DNA of 64,000 nt from an uncultured Azospirillum sp. (GCA_900539605.1 UQCS01000006.1:4601-68600); one strand, 5' to 3'. Counted from the stretch's first letter, positions 9,337 through 20,389 are shown. Made by a program: numbers and translations. The notes: generated by a model from the letters alone, not told the origin.

Positions 9337-11172
9337 ATGAAAGACAATTCGATGGAGCTTAGAAATATAGCGATTATAGCTCACGTTGACCATGGCAAAA
9401 CAACATTGGTCGACGCCCTTTTAAAGCAAAGCGGTACCTTCCGCGACAATCAGAAAGTTCAGGAATGCGCAATGGACTCTAACGAGCTGGAGAGAGAACG
9501 CGGCATTACCATTTTATCAAAATGCACTTCGGTCGACTGGAACGGCACCCGCATCAATATCGTCGATACCCCCGGCCACGCTGACTTCGGCGGCGAAGTT
9601 GAACGCATCCTCTCAATGGTCGACGGCGTTATCCTGCTGGTTGACAGTTCCGAAGGACCGATGCCGCAAACAAAATTCGTACTCGGCAAAGCGCTCAAAG
9701 TCGGCCTTAAACCGATCGTTGTTATTAACAAAGCCGACAAACCCGACGCCCGGGTCGATGAAGTCCTCAACGAAGTTTTTGACCTTTTTGTCAGCCTGGA
9801 TGCCACCGACGAACAGCTTGATTTCCCTGTTTTATATGCTTCAGGACGCAACGGTTGGGCGGTTAAGGACCTTGAACACGACGAAAAAAAAGATTTGCAG
9901 ATTTTGTTTGAACTGATCCTTTCCCATGTTCCGGCACCGGTTTGTTACCCCGAACGTCCTTTTACAATGCTGGCAACCACATTGGAAGCTGATAAATTTA
10001 TCGGCCGCCTGTTGTCGGGCAAAATCCTTTGCGGCAGCGTCAAACCGGGAGATACCGTTAAAGCACTGAACGGTCAAAACAACGAAATCGAACGTTTTCG
10101 CATTACCAAAATTTTGGCCTATCGCGGTCTGGCCCGGCAAAGCCTCGAAGAAGCCCACGCTGGCGATATCGTTGCCATTGCCGGTGCGGTTAAGGCTACC
10201 GTTGCCGATACCGTCTGCGACTTCGGCGTCACTGAGGCTCTCGAAGCACAACCGATCGACCCGCCGACCCTGGTAATGACTTTTTCAGTTAATGATTCGC
10301 CGCTGGCCGGTCGCGAAGGCGACAAAGTAACATCCCGTATGATTGCCGAACGGCTGCAAAAAGAAGCAGAAGGCAATATCGCTCTCAAAATTTCCACCTC
10401 GGCCAACAACGACTCCTTTGAGGTGGCCGGCCGTGGTGAACTGCAACTGGGCGTTTTGATCGAAACCATGCGCCGCGAAGGCTTCGAGCTCTCAATTTCG
10501 CGACCGCGCGTGGTCTTTCACAAAGACGAAGACGGCAATATTCTGGAACCGGTTGACGAAGTTGTGGTTGACGTGGACGAAGAATTCTCGGGTACCGTGG
10601 TTGAAAAACTCGGTTCGCGTCGCGCCGAACTGGTGGAAATGATTCCTTCCCAGGCCGGCGGCAAAGTACGCCTGATTTTCCATGCGCCCACCCGCGGCCT
10701 GATCGGTTACCATTCCGAGTTCTTAACCGATACCCACGGCACCGGGGTGATGAACCGCAGCTTTTACAGCTACGAACCGCACAAAGGTGAAATTGAAGGA
10801 CGCCGCAACGGCGTGCTGATCTCAAGCGAAAATGGAACCGCCGTCGCTTACTCGCTGTGGAAGCTTGAAGATCGCGGCCCGATGTTTATTGATCCCAATG
10901 TACCGGTTTATGTCGGCATGATTATCGGTGAACACACCAAACCGAATGACTTGGAGATCAATCCCTGCCGTTCCAAACAGCTGACCAACATCCGCGCCGC
11001 CGGCAAAGATGAAGCGATCAGCCTGACCCCGCCGCGGCGTATCACACTGGAAGAAGGCCTGTCATATATTCAGGAAGACGAACTGCTTGAAGTAACGCCG
11101 AAAACAATCCGCCTGCGCAAACGGATTTTGGATCCGATTTTGCGTAAACGGTCCGGCGGCAAGGTCGCTTAG
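9337..11172 (+). CDS. typA: translational GTPase TypA/BipA
   Basis: G-domain motifs AHVDHGKTT, DTPGH, NKAD, and EF-G-like domains. The start is ambiguous between ATG 9337 (MKDNSMELRN) and ATG 9352. The listed TTG 9295 looks too long. Confidence 0.9.
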   Translation: MKDNSMELRNIAIIAHVDHGKTTLVDALLKQSGTFRDNQKVQECAMDSNELERERGITILSKCTSVDWNGTRINIVDTPGHADFGGEVERILSMVDGVILLVDSSEGPMPQTKFVLGKALKVGLKPIVVINKADKPDARVDEVLNEVFDLFVSLDATDEQLDFPVLYASGRNGWAVKDLEHDEKKDLQILFELILSHVPAPVCYPERPFTMLATTLEADKFIGRLLSGKILCGSVKPGDTVKALNGQNNEIERFRITKILAYRGLARQSLEEAHAGDIVAIAGAVKATVADTVCDFGVTEALEAQPIDPPTLVMTFSVNDSPLAGREGDKVTSRMIAERLQKEAEGNIALKISTSANNDSFEVAGRGELQLGVLIETMRREGFELSISRPRVVFHKDEDGNILEPVDEVVVDVDEEFSGTVVEKLGSRRAELVEMIPSQAGGKVRLIFHAPTRGLIGYHSEFLTDTHGTGVMNRSFYSYEPHKGEIEGRRNGVLISSENGTAVAYSLWKLEDRGPMFIDPNVPVYVGMIIGEHTKPNDLEINPCRSKQLTNIRAAGKDEAISLTPPRRITLEEGLSYIQEDELLEVTPKTIRLRKRILDPILRKRSGGKVA

Positions 11173-11180
11173 CCCTTTTT

Positions 11181-11215
11181 ATAAGCAGCTTGAAATTTCG
11201 GCTGCTTATATTTTG
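11181..11215 (+). terminator. rho-independent terminator after typA
   Basis: 9-bp stem ATAAGCAGC/GCTGCTTAT followed by ATTTT. Confidence 0.7.
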
Positions 11216-11283
11216 CAAAAATTCTTGCACCGGGTTTTGAATTAGCGTATGAAGAGTATATATTAATTACAACCGAGATAACA

Positions 11284-11997
11284 ATGCGTAATACAAATCG
11301 AAAAAACAACCAGCTGCGCAATATTGAGCTGATTCCTGACTATAATCCTTACGCCGAAGGCTCTTGTCTGGTTAAGTTCGGCAACACCCATGTGGTATGT
11401 ACTGCCAGCGTGGAAGAAAAAGTGCCGAACTGGCTGAAAGGACAAAACAAGGGCTGGATCACGGCCGAATACGGAATGCTGCCGCGAGCCAACCGGATAC
11501 GCGTACCGCGCGAACTGAAATCGCCGTCGGGACGTACTCAGGAAATTCAACGGCTGATCGGGCGGTCGCTCAGAGCGGTGGTGGACTTGGGCAAAATGAA
11601 AGACATTTCAATTTGTATTGACTGTGACGTTATTCAGGCTGACGGCGGCACCCGCACCGCATCCATCACCGGCGGATTCGTCGCCCTGTATCTGGCAATT
11701 GAAAAACTGGTTGCCCGCAAAAAACTGGATATAAATCCGATTCGCGAGTTTGTAGCTGCCGTTTCCTGTGACATCCATCAGGGAGAAAAAATTATTGACG
11801 TAGATTATGAAGAAGATTCCCATGCTCAGGTTGACATGAACTTTGTTCTTACCGAGAGCGGAAAAATTGTTGAAATTCAGGGAACTGCTGAAGAGTCTCC
11901 GTTTGCGGAAGAAGATTTCGGCGAACTGATGAATCTTGCCAAAGACGGTATCCGGCAATTGATTGCCGAACAAAAGAAAGTTTTAGGAGTGAAGTAA
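11284..11997 (+). CDS. rph: ribonuclease PH
   Basis: 237 aa. RNase PH signature (GSCLVKFGNTHVVCTAS, GWITAEYGMLP, DCDVIQADGGTRTASITG). Confidence 0.9.
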   Translation: MRNTNRKNNQLRNIELIPDYNPYAEGSCLVKFGNTHVVCTASVEEKVPNWLKGQNKGWITAEYGMLPRANRIRVPRELKSPSGRTQEIQRLIGRSLRAVVDLGKMKDISICIDCDVIQADGGTRTASITGGFVALYLAIEKLVARKKLDINPIREFVAAVSCDIHQGEKIIDVDYEEDSHAQVDMNFVLTESGKIVEIQGTAEESPFAEEDFGELMNLAKDGIRQLIAEQKKVLGVK

Positions 11998-12582
11998 ATG
12001 AAAATAACCAAATTGGTCGTTGCCAGCCATAATGACGGCAAAGTCGCAGAAATAAAAACCCTGCTCGCCCCGCTGCACATAGAAGTACAATCCGCCAAAG
12101 AACTGCGTCTTGGAGACGTCGAAGAAACCGGAAAAACTTTTGAAGAAAATGCCAAACTTAAAGCCAACGCTCTCAGTCTGATGTGTGGTCTGCCCTGTCT
12201 GGCTGACGATTCCGGCCTTTGCATCGATGCTTTGGACGGACGTCCGGGCGTTTATTCCGCCCGCTATGCCCCCAACCGTGACTTTAACGAAGGCATGAAA
12301 ATACTGCTCAAAGAAATGAGCGAAGCGGAAAAGAAAACCCGCAAAGCGCATTTTGCCTGTTATATGGCTCTGGCCTGCCCCAACGAAAAAGTCAAGGTTT
12401 TTGAAGGACGCGTCGACGGAGAAATTTCCGAACAGCCCCGCGGCGATAACGGCTTCGGCTACGATCCGATTTTCATTCCCGAAGGTTATGACAAAACTTT
12501 TGCCGAACTCGGCGATGACGTCAAAAATCAGATTTCTCACCGCCGTCGTGCGCTGGAAAAATTTATTAAGGAATTCAAATAA
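11998..12582 (+). CDS. rdgB: dITP/XTP pyrophosphatase RdgB (Ham1 family)
   Basis: 194 aa. The ATG directly abuts the rph stop. Ham1 motifs (ASHNDGKVAEI, EETGKTFEENA, DDSGLCIDAL, GFGYDPIF, SHR). Confidence 0.85.
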   Translation: MKITKLVVASHNDGKVAEIKTLLAPLHIEVQSAKELRLGDVEETGKTFEENAKLKANALSLMCGLPCLADDSGLCIDALDGRPGVYSARYAPNRDFNEGMKILLKEMSEAEKKTRKAHFACYMALACPNEKVKVFEGRVDGEISEQPRGDNGFGYDPIFIPEGYDKTFAELGDDVKNQISHRRRALEKFIKEFK

Positions 12583-12596
12583 CCCGGATTGACGAT

Positions 12597-15473
12597 TTGG
12601 CACCAAATATTTGCAATATTCCCGCCAGTTGCAGTCCGGTTGACACGCTGGCACGGGAACTGTCCTCCGCCGACGGCCGGTTTCAATTGGCCGATATGCT
12701 GATCTTGCTGCCAAACCGTCGTGCCTGCGGGGAATTGCGCGATGCCTTTGTCCGTCTCAACGGTATGAATCCGACGATTCTGCCGCGGATTATGTCGTTG
12801 ACAGATCCCGACGAGGATGAAATATTTTTTGCCGAAACTGCTGCCGGCGCCGCTATGCTTCCGCCGGCAATTTCTCCGATCGAACGCACTCTGTTGTTCA
12901 TACGTCTGATCGCCACCCGCCCGCGTGATTTCGGCAACGGCGAATCCTCTTTGGCTCAGGCAGCCTATCTGGCGGCTGAGCTGGGACAACTGCTCGATAC
13001 CGTCGAAAACGAAGAGCTTTCTTTTGACGCCCTGTCTGCGCTGGTACCGGAGGAATACGCCGCCCACTGGCAAAAAACCCTCGATTTTTTAACCATCATC
13101 ACCGAACATTTTCCCCAAATCCTCGCCGAACGCGGCTATATTGACACTGCCCAACGCCGGATAAAATTGCTGAAAATGCAAAATACTGCCTGGCAAAACC
13201 GTCACTCCAACGGTAAAATAATCATTGCCGGTATCCCCGGCGGCACACCCGTTGTCCGTCAGTTGATAAGAACAGTGAGCGAACTTGACAACGGAAAGGT
13301 TTATCTGAACGGTCTCGACCGCTGGTTGGATGATGATGCTTGGCAGCAGATCGACGAGACCCACCCTCAGTTTGAAACTAAACGACTGCTCGACGATTTG
13401 GGTTTGGAACGTCATCAGATTCCCGATTTGGTTTCGCCGGACAACCCTGAACGCGAAAAACTGGTTTCGGAAATCATGCGTCCCGCCGCCGCCACCGACC
13501 GTTGGCGCGAACTGAACAGCCGGCCTTTTGCTCCCAAGGCAATCAACGGTATTCATCTGATCAGCTGCCGCGAGTTGCACGAAGAAGCGTTGGCAATTGC
13601 CGCCGTTATGCGCCACACTTTGGAAGTGCCGGAAAAAACCGCTGCTCTTGTCACCACCGACCGCAATTTGGCGCGCCGGGTTGCCAACGAACTGAAACGC
13701 TGGGACATTACGGTTGACGATTCTGCCGGACGGCCGTTGTCGCAAACACCGGTCGGCATCTTTCTCCGACTGACCGCCGAAGCCTGTAACGGCGAATCCG
13801 ATAACGTTTCGCTGCTCGGACTGCTTAAACATCCGTTAACGGCCTGCGGACAAAAAGTCGTTGTTACCCGCAATCTTGCCCGTGCTTACGAAAAAAACGT
13901 GCTTCGCGGACATTGCTCTAACCCCGACCTGGAAAAATTTATTTTGCGGCAAAAAGAAACTTTGCGCCCGTTACTTGAACTCTGCTGCCAACCGCAGGCC
14001 GATTTCCGGGCACTGATTACCGCGCATCTCCGCGCCGCCGAGCAACTTGCGGCCGACGATCAGCTGCCGGGCGCCGAACGGCTGTGGCAGGGCGATGACG
14101 GCGAAGCCGCCGCAACCTTGTTTTCTGACCTGCTGGAAAACATCGGCACCCTCCCTTCGGTTCCCGGTTCGCAATACGGCAAATTTATCGAAGCGCTAAT
14201 AGCTGCCCGCACGGTACGTCCGAAATACGGAACCCATCCGCGCCTGAAAATACTCGGTCCGATCGAAGCCCGCCTGACCGGTTTTGACACCGTTATCATC
14301 GGCAGCGTCAACGAAGGAACCATGCCGACCGCCGCGCCGGCCGGCGCATGGTTGTCACGACCAATGAAGAAAAGTTTCGGATTTCCGCTGCCGGAAAAAA
14401 ACATCGGTGTTCAGGCACGCGATTTTGCCCACCTGTTAACTCAAAAAGAAATATACATCAGTCGCGCCGAACGGGTCGAAGGGACGCCGACCGTCAAATC
14501 ACGCTGGTGGATGCGCATGGAAACCGTCCTCAATGCCGGGGGAATCAAAATCGGGCAGCTTTATAATTTCACTTATCCGCAAACCGCCGCTTTTCTGGAT
14601 CAGCCGCGTCTCTACAAACCGATTGCCGCACCGGCACCCAAACCGCCGTTGTCGGCGCGCCCGCGCGAACTATGGGCCGGTGCGATCGAAAATCTGATGC
14701 GTGATCCCTATATTGTTTTTGCCAAATATATCCTCAAACTGGAACCGCTTGATGACATCAACCGCCAACCGGGAATCGTCGATTTCGGCATTATCGTTCA
14801 TGCGGTGTTGGAAAGGTTTAACCGTCATTACCCTGGTCCGCTGCCGGCTGATGCCAAGGAAATTTTGCGTCAGTTTGCCGCCGAGGAATTCCGCAATTGC
14901 GGAATTTCCGTACAAACCCTGGCTTTTTGGCAGCCGGCCGTCGACAAGATGATCGCCTGGATTTTGCAACACGAAAATGGCTACCGTCAAACAATTGCCA
15001 AAATATGCAGCGAAATCAGCGGCCGTTACAGTTTTAAGGCACCGGGCGGCATGTTTACTATCGGTGCTAAAGCCGACCGTATTGACATCACCGCCGACGG
15101 CAAACTCAATATCATTGACTACAAAACCGGTCGTGCCCGTACCAAAAAAGAAATTACCGCCGGCTATGCCCCTCAATTGCCGATCGAGGCTTTGATCGCA
15201 CAAAACGGCGGCTTCCCCGGCCTGGCGCCTTCATCGGTTGCTTCGCTGCGTTACTGGCGGCTGGGCCGGGAAGAGATTTGCGTTGACGAAAAAATTGATC
15301 AAATTCTCGAACATAATCTTGCCAACATCAAAACACTGGTGGCAATTTTTGATAATCCGGACAAACCTTACATCACCCAACCAAACCCTAAATATGCACC
15401 GGCTTATTCAGATTATGAACATTTGTCACGCCTGAAAGAATGGGGAGTTACTGATCGCAATGAAGAACAATGA
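12597..15473 (+). CDS. addB: double-strand break repair protein AddB (alphaproteobacterial type)
   Basis: 958 aa. N-terminus lacks a Walker A motif, C-terminal PD-(D/E)xK nuclease (GKADRIDI...IIDYKTG). Directly upstream of and overlapping addA. TTG start. Confidence 0.85.
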   Translation: MAPNICNIPASCSPVDTLARELSSADGRFQLADMLILLPNRRACGELRDAFVRLNGMNPTILPRIMSLTDPDEDEIFFAETAAGAAMLPPAISPIERTLLFIRLIATRPRDFGNGESSLAQAAYLAAELGQLLDTVENEELSFDALSALVPEEYAAHWQKTLDFLTIITEHFPQILAERGYIDTAQRRIKLLKMQNTAWQNRHSNGKIIIAGIPGGTPVVRQLIRTVSELDNGKVYLNGLDRWLDDDAWQQIDETHPQFETKRLLDDLGLERHQIPDLVSPDNPEREKLVSEIMRPAAATDRWRELNSRPFAPKAINGIHLISCRELHEEALAIAAVMRHTLEVPEKTAALVTTDRNLARRVANELKRWDITVDDSAGRPLSQTPVGIFLRLTAEACNGESDNVSLLGLLKHPLTACGQKVVVTRNLARAYEKNVLRGHCSNPDLEKFILRQKETLRPLLELCCQPQADFRALITAHLRAAEQLAADDQLPGAERLWQGDDGEAAATLFSDLLENIGTLPSVPGSQYGKFIEALIAARTVRPKYGTHPRLKILGPIEARLTGFDTVIIGSVNEGTMPTAAPAGAWLSRPMKKSFGFPLPEKNIGVQARDFAHLLTQKEIYISRAERVEGTPTVKSRWWMRMETVLNAGGIKIGQLYNFTYPQTAAFLDQPRLYKPIAAPAPKPPLSARPRELWAGAIENLMRDPYIVFAKYILKLEPLDDINRQPGIVDFGIIVHAVLERFNRHYPGPLPADAKEILRQFAAEEFRNCGISVQTLAFWQPAVDKMIAWILQHENGYRQTIAKICSEISGRYSFKAPGGMFTIGAKADRIDITADGKLNIIDYKTGRARTKKEITAGYAPQLPIEALIAQNGGFPGLAPSSVASLRYWRLGREEICVDEKIDQILEHNLANIKTLVAIFDNPDKPYITQPNPKYAPAYSDYEHLSRLKEWGVTDRNEEQ

Positions 15474-18400
15474 TGACCTTATTGCCCGCGAGCGTGCTGA
15501 ACTCGGTCGCCGCGCCACCGTTCAGCAGCAAAAAGCCGCCGATCCGACCCATTCGGTTTGGGTGAATGCTTCCGCAGGAACAGGCAAAACCAAAGTCCTG
15601 TCCGACCGGGTTCTGCGGCTGCTGCTTTCGGGTGTCAGTGCCGCCAAACTGTTGTGCCTCACTTATACCAAGGCAGCCGCGGTGGAAATGAACACACGTG
15701 TTTCGCAAAAACTCAGCCGCTGGGCGGTGGCCGACGACAGCAGTCTTGAAAAGGAACTGACTAAACTTTATGGCATACTGCCGCAAGATCCAAAGCAGCT
15801 TAATGAACTGAAAGCCCGGTCAAGACGTCTGTTTGCGGTTTTGCTCGACACCCCGGGCGGCATCAAAATACAGACGATTCACAGCTTTTGTCAGGAAATT
15901 CTGAAACGTTTTCCACTCGAAGCTGGTGTTTCGCCTCATTTCGAAGTTATGGACGATCGAAGCGCCGGTGAAGCGGTTGAAGAAATCAAAAACCGCCTGA
16001 TTGAAGAAATCCGCAACCGTCCCGACAGCCCGGCCGCTCAAGCTATGAGCTTTCTCACTGCCAACATCAGTGAACTGAAATTTCCCGACATCATCAATTC
16101 CATCGTTAACGAACGCGGCAAAATCGGCCGTCTGCTTGAACGTTACCAAACCGTTGACGGATTACTGACCGCTCAAGCAGCCAAGTTGGGAATTACACCC
16201 GGACAAACAATCGAACAGTTGTGCCAAGATTTTTTTGAAGCGCTGCCGCGGCAACGGTTACAAGTCCTGCTCGAGGCCTGGTTGAACGGCGGCAGCCGGC
16301 TGACCGCCCGTGCCGCCCGTTTGGCCGCGGTACTGCAAAATCCGCAACCGCAAAATTATCAAACTTATATCGATGCTTTTTTGAGTGACGGTGAACCATA
16401 CAAAACAATTGCCACCAAAGCGCAACTGGATAAAAATCCACAACTGGCGGAAATTTATGCCGACGAAATCGCCCGTATTCTCGAATTCAATCAACATTTT
16501 AAAGCCTTGCGGGTTTTTCTTTCGACCAAAGCGGTCGTCTGTCTGGCCGATGAATTGATTAAAGGCTACAATGCCTACAAGCAGGCGCGGGCCCTGATGG
16601 ATTATAACGACATGATTTTATTGACGCGTCGCCTGCTCGAAAATCGTGACGCCGCCCGCTGGGTTCTTTATAAGCTGGACGGCGGCATTGACAATATTCT
16701 GATTGACGAAGCACAGGACACTTCACCCGATCAATGGCAAATCATCCGCGCCGTCAGCGACGAATTTTTTACTTCTGAAGACAGCCGCCGCACCATTTTT
16801 GCCGTTGGTGACCGCAAACAGTCGATTTACAGTTTTCAGGGTGCCGATCCCGACAAATTCGACGAAATGCGGGCTTATTTTGCCGCTAAAACCAAAAACT
16901 TCAGCCAAGTCAACCTGGAAGTTTCGTTTCGTTCTACCCCGGCCGTTCTCGACACCGTCAATCAGCTGTTCAATGACGGCCAGATTTGTCGCGGTGTCGC
17001 TTCCGAGGGCGAAAACGTCACCCATATCCCTTTCCGCCGCGGCGAAGGCGGAAGCGTTGAATTCTGGGAACTGATTGAACCCGAAGCCGGTGAAAACGGT
17101 GACGAATGGCAGCCGCCGGTCGAACATCAAAACGCGCCGACCACCAGTTCGCGAATGGCCCGTCAGATTGCCCTAAAAATCCACGCCATGGTCAGCGGCG
17201 GCGAACGATTGGATTCGCAAAACCGTCAGCTTCGTTACGGTGACTTCCTGATTTTGGTCCGCAGTCGCGACGCTTTTTGCGAAGAATTGATCCGCGAATG
17301 TAAAAAAGCCGGCGTCGGCGTTGCCGGAATTGACCGTATCCGCCTGCTGGATCAGATTGCCGTCCAAGATCTGGTCAGTTTGGGCAAATTCCTGTTATTG
17401 CCCGAAGACGATCTCAGTTTGGCCGAAGTCCTCAAATCACCTTTGTTCGGTTTGGACGACGACGATTTGTTTAAGCTTTGTTACCGCCGCAACGGCAGCG
17501 TCTGGGAAAGGCTTGAACAGTGTTCACAATATCAGGATGCTTTCGAAATATTGAAGCAATTGTTGAATATGGCCGACTATGTGCGGCCATTTGAGCTCTA
17601 CTCTCATGTGTTGGGTCCGCTCGGGGGACGGCGCAAATTTGCCGAACGGATGGGAAACGAAGCTGAAGACGGTTTGAACGAATTTCTCAATTTGGCTCTC
17701 AGCTTTGAGCAGACCCATGTCGCTTCTTTGCAAAAGTTTATCGACTGGGTGGTCAGCGACGACGTCGAAATCAAGCGCGAAACAGAGTCCGGATGCGGTG
17801 ATCTGGTCCGTTTGATGACGGTTCACGGCTCCAAAGGCCTGCAAGCCCCGATCGTTATTTTGCCTGATACCGCGCGGATTCCGATATACCGTCGCGAAGC
17901 CGAAATTTTGTGGGACGACGACGGATTATTCCTCTACCCCGCATCTGCAGCCGATTATGAAACCGTATGCAGCCGTCTTAAAGAAAGGCAAAAACAAAAA
18001 GTAAGCGAAGAATACCGGCGCTTGATGTACGTGGCGGTTACCCGTGCCGAAGACCGCATGATCGTATGCGGCTATCGCAAAACCCGTCGGCCGGCGGAAG
18101 AATGCTGGTATAATTTATTCAAAAACCGTTTTGAACAAATATCGGTGTTGGATCAGCAAGAACACACACGACGTTACGTTTCTCCCCAACTATTCAACCC
18201 CGAACCCAAAGAGCAAACAAAACCCGTGAACTGTGTTTTTAAATCTCAAACATGGATGGAAACCCCTGCTGTACCAGAAGGGCCGCTGGCACGGCCGCTG
18301 ACCCCTTCTCGTCCCGAAGAATACGAACCGGCTGTCATATCACCGCTCAGCCACGACTGGCATCCCCACTTGTTTAAACGCGGTCTGCTGATACACCGGC

Positions 18401-18834
18401 TTCTTCAGTTTCTGCCGCAAATCGAACCGTCTGCACGCTCCCGCACCGCAGAAGCCTTCATTCGCCGCAATGCGCCGGAAATAGCCGTTTCTGAGGCTGA
18501 CAAAATTATTGCCGAGATTATGTCGTTGCTAGAAGATCCGCAATTCGGCAGCGTCTTCGGCCCCGATTCTAAAGCGGAGGTTCCGATAATGGGACAAATC
18601 GGCGAACAAATTATCTCCGGACAAATCGACCGTTTGATTATCGAACCGGAAAGAGTCGTAATTGTTGACTTTAAAACCAACCGCCCCGCCGCGGCAACCG
18701 TTGAGGAAGTCCCGCCGCTTTATCGCCGCCAGTTATCTGCTTATCGCCAACTGCTGCAAAAAATCTATCCCGACAAAAAAGTTATCTCTCTGATTTTGTG
18801 GACAAACACAGCAACTCTGATGCAAATAGAATAA
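15460..18834 (+). CDS. addA: double-strand break repair helicase-nuclease AddA (UvrD/Rep superfamily 1)
   Basis: 1124 aa. Walker A (ASAGTGKTKVL), SF1 helicase blocks (DEAQDTSP, VGDRKQSIYSFQGA, TVHGSKGL, YVAVTRAE), C-terminal nuclease (GQIDRLII...IVDFKT). 14-nt overlap with addB. Confidence 0.85.
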   Translation: MKNNDDLIARERAELGRRATVQQQKAADPTHSVWVNASAGTGKTKVLSDRVLRLLLSGVSAAKLLCLTYTKAAAVEMNTRVSQKLSRWAVADDSSLEKELTKLYGILPQDPKQLNELKARSRRLFAVLLDTPGGIKIQTIHSFCQEILKRFPLEAGVSPHFEVMDDRSAGEAVEEIKNRLIEEIRNRPDSPAAQAMSFLTANISELKFPDIINSIVNERGKIGRLLERYQTVDGLLTAQAAKLGITPGQTIEQLCQDFFEALPRQRLQVLLEAWLNGGSRLTARAARLAAVLQNPQPQNYQTYIDAFLSDGEPYKTIATKAQLDKNPQLAEIYADEIARILEFNQHFKALRVFLSTKAVVCLADELIKGYNAYKQARALMDYNDMILLTRRLLENRDAARWVLYKLDGGIDNILIDEAQDTSPDQWQIIRAVSDEFFTSEDSRRTIFAVGDRKQSIYSFQGADPDKFDEMRAYFAAKTKNFSQVNLEVSFRSTPAVLDTVNQLFNDGQICRGVASEGENVTHIPFRRGEGGSVEFWELIEPEAGENGDEWQPPVEHQNAPTTSSRMARQIALKIHAMVSGGERLDSQNRQLRYGDFLILVRSRDAFCEELIRECKKAGVGVAGIDRIRLLDQIAVQDLVSLGKFLLLPEDDLSLAEVLKSPLFGLDDDDLFKLCYRRNGSVWERLEQCSQYQDAFEILKQLLNMADYVRPFELYSHVLGPLGGRRKFAERMGNEAEDGLNEFLNLALSFEQTHVASLQKFIDWVVSDDVEIKRETESGCGDLVRLMTVHGSKGLQAPIVILPDTARIPIYRREAEILWDDDGLFLYPASAADYETVCSRLKERQKQKVSEEYRRLMYVAVTRAEDRMIVCGYRKTRRPAEECWYNLFKNRFEQISVLDQQEHTRRYVSPQLFNPEPKEQTKPVNCVFKSQTWMETPAVPEGPLARPLTPSRPEEYEPAVISPLSHDWHPHLFKRGLLIHRLLQFLPQIEPSARSRTAEAFIRRNAPEIAVSEADKIIAEIMSLLEDPQFGSVFGPDSKAEVPIMGQIGEQIISGQIDRLIIEPERVVIVDFKTNRPAAATVEEVPPLYRRQLSAYRQLLQKIYPDKKVISLILWTNTATLMQIE

Positions 18835-18937
18835 GCGGTTTTAAATTTAGGGGTTGTTTTTATATCATAAACCTTTAATATTGAGTTCAGAATTCCTATA
18901 TATAACAGTAATGTCAGTATCAGAGAAAGGAAAAAAC

Positions 18938-19252
18938 ATGTTATCAATCAATGATTCTCAGTTTGAGAGCGAAGTATTAAACAGCAAAGGCCTGGTGTTG
19001 GTCGATTTTTGGGCAGAATGGTGCGGCCCCTGCCGCCAGCTCGGACCGATCTTGGAAGAAGTTGGTAAAAGCATGGGTGACAAAGTCAAAATCGTCAAAA
19101 TGAATGTTGATGATGCCCCGGATACGGCTGCCCATTACGGAATCCGCAGTATTCCGACTATGTTTCTGTTCAAAGACGGCAAACAAATTGATACCAAAAT
19201 CGGTTTAAATCCGCAATCGGCCATTGTTTCATGGATCGAAGCTAACCAATAA
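18938..19252 (+). CDS. trxA: thioredoxin
   Basis: 104 aa from ATG 18938 (GAAAGGA SD upstream). WCGPC active site. The addB-addA-trxA order is typical of Alphaproteobacteria. Confidence 0.9.
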   Translation: MLSINDSQFESEVLNSKGLVLVDFWAEWCGPCRQLGPILEEVGKSMGDKVKIVKMNVDDAPDTAAHYGIRSIPTMFLFKDGKQIDTKIGLNPQSAIVSWIEANQ

Positions 19253-19268
19253 AATCTCGTCTTTTCAC

Positions 19269-19297
19269 AAACCCCGGATTTTCCGGGGTTTTTTTAT
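19269..19297 (+). terminator. rho-independent terminator after trxA
   Basis: ACCCCGG/CCGGGGT stem with a 5-nt loop, followed by a T8 run. Confidence 0.8.
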
Positions 19298-19413
19298 TAC
19301 TTTCTTTCCCGATCTCTATACTTTCGGAAAATAACGACAATATGCAGGCAAATTTTTTATTGCCAAGTTGACATTATGTTTTAATATTACCAAAAAAATA
19401 ACGGATAAAGACT

Positions 19414-20259
19414 ATGAATACATTTGAACGGCTAAAATCTTATCAGGAAATTCTTCGTAAAGACGAACCTGTAAATACTTTCAATCCCTGGGCTTTTATT
19501 TTTAACTCCTTTTATTATTTTTGGAAAGATCTCGGCTTGCTTTTGTTTGCCGCTTATGCTCTGGCCACGCCGTTATTGTTCGTGGTTATGGTCTTGATCA
19601 AAATTCCGCCTCAGGCTGCTTTGATAACCGCCGTACTGGTGGTCCGCACCACTGCCGGGTTGCGCGCCAACACCGATATCCGCAACCACATGAAGAATTT
19701 CGTCGCAAAATATAAAGACTTCCAGCCCGAAAAAGAAGAACCCGTGGTTTATTTCTCCGTTTCTCGGTTGCGGCTGTTTTTGGCTTCCTTGCTCAGCTTG
19801 GGCATTTATGACGTCTACTGGGCTTACAAAAACTGGGATGCTATCCGCAATTACAAAAAAGACACCAGCATTTATCCGATTTTTCGCAGTTGGTTTTTCG
19901 GGATATTTTTTATCTATCCGTTATTTTCACAAATAAAACAAAGCTGTGCTTCGACCAAGCCTGTAGGATTCCTGTTCGGTTTGTCCAGCGTTCTCTATAC
20001 GATCTTATACATAGTTGACATTACTCTTACCCGGTTATCCGACAAAACAACCAACGAAGAACTGAATATGGGCCTGTTTTTAGTTTGGATGGCCGTCACG
20101 GTGTTGTCCGCGCTTTTTCTGCTGCCGATCCAAAAAGCAATCAACGAACACAATCACAAGTTGAATTCCGATCATCGTCCGCATAATTTCTTTTATCCCG
20201 GCGAACTGGCTGCCATCATTATACCGCTCGTTATCTTTATCTTTTTTGCCTTAAAATAA
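19414..20259 (+). CDS. hypothetical polytopic membrane protein (possibly DUF4234-like)
   Basis: 281 aa, 5-6 hydrophobic segments. The GIYDVYWAYKNWDAIRNY block resembles the small DUF4234 motif. AT-rich codon usage. No enzyme motif. Confidence 0.55.
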   Translation: MNTFERLKSYQEILRKDEPVNTFNPWAFIFNSFYYFWKDLGLLLFAAYALATPLLFVVMVLIKIPPQAALITAVLVVRTTAGLRANTDIRNHMKNFVAKYKDFQPEKEEPVVYFSVSRLRLFLASLLSLGIYDVYWAYKNWDAIRNYKKDTSIYPIFRSWFFGIFFIYPLFSQIKQSCASTKPVGFLFGLSSVLYTILYIVDITLTRLSDKTTNEELNMGLFLVWMAVTVLSALFLLPIQKAINEHNHKLNSDHRPHNFFYPGELAAIIIPLVIFIFFALK

Positions 20260-20312
20260 AGCGTCTTTAATCATTCGGAATTATGGGATTCGGAACCGAA
20301 ATTTAATAAAAT

Positions 20313-20346
20313 CGGAAGAAGATAAAAAAATCTTCCTCTTTTTTTT
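20313..20346 (+). terminator. probable rho-independent terminator
   Basis: Imperfect hairpin GGAAGAAGAT-aaaaaa-ATCTTCCTC followed by T8. Confidence 0.55.
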
Positions 20347-20389
20347 GCCGCTTTGGTTCATATATATAAGCAAAACAGGGAACACAAAA

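Noticed and set aside
11983-13832. Minus-strand ORFs 11983-12714 (243 aa) and 13089-13832 (247 aa)
   Set aside because: They are antisense to rdgB/addB. They lack motifs, and the sense-strand genes are well supported by family signatures and operon structure.
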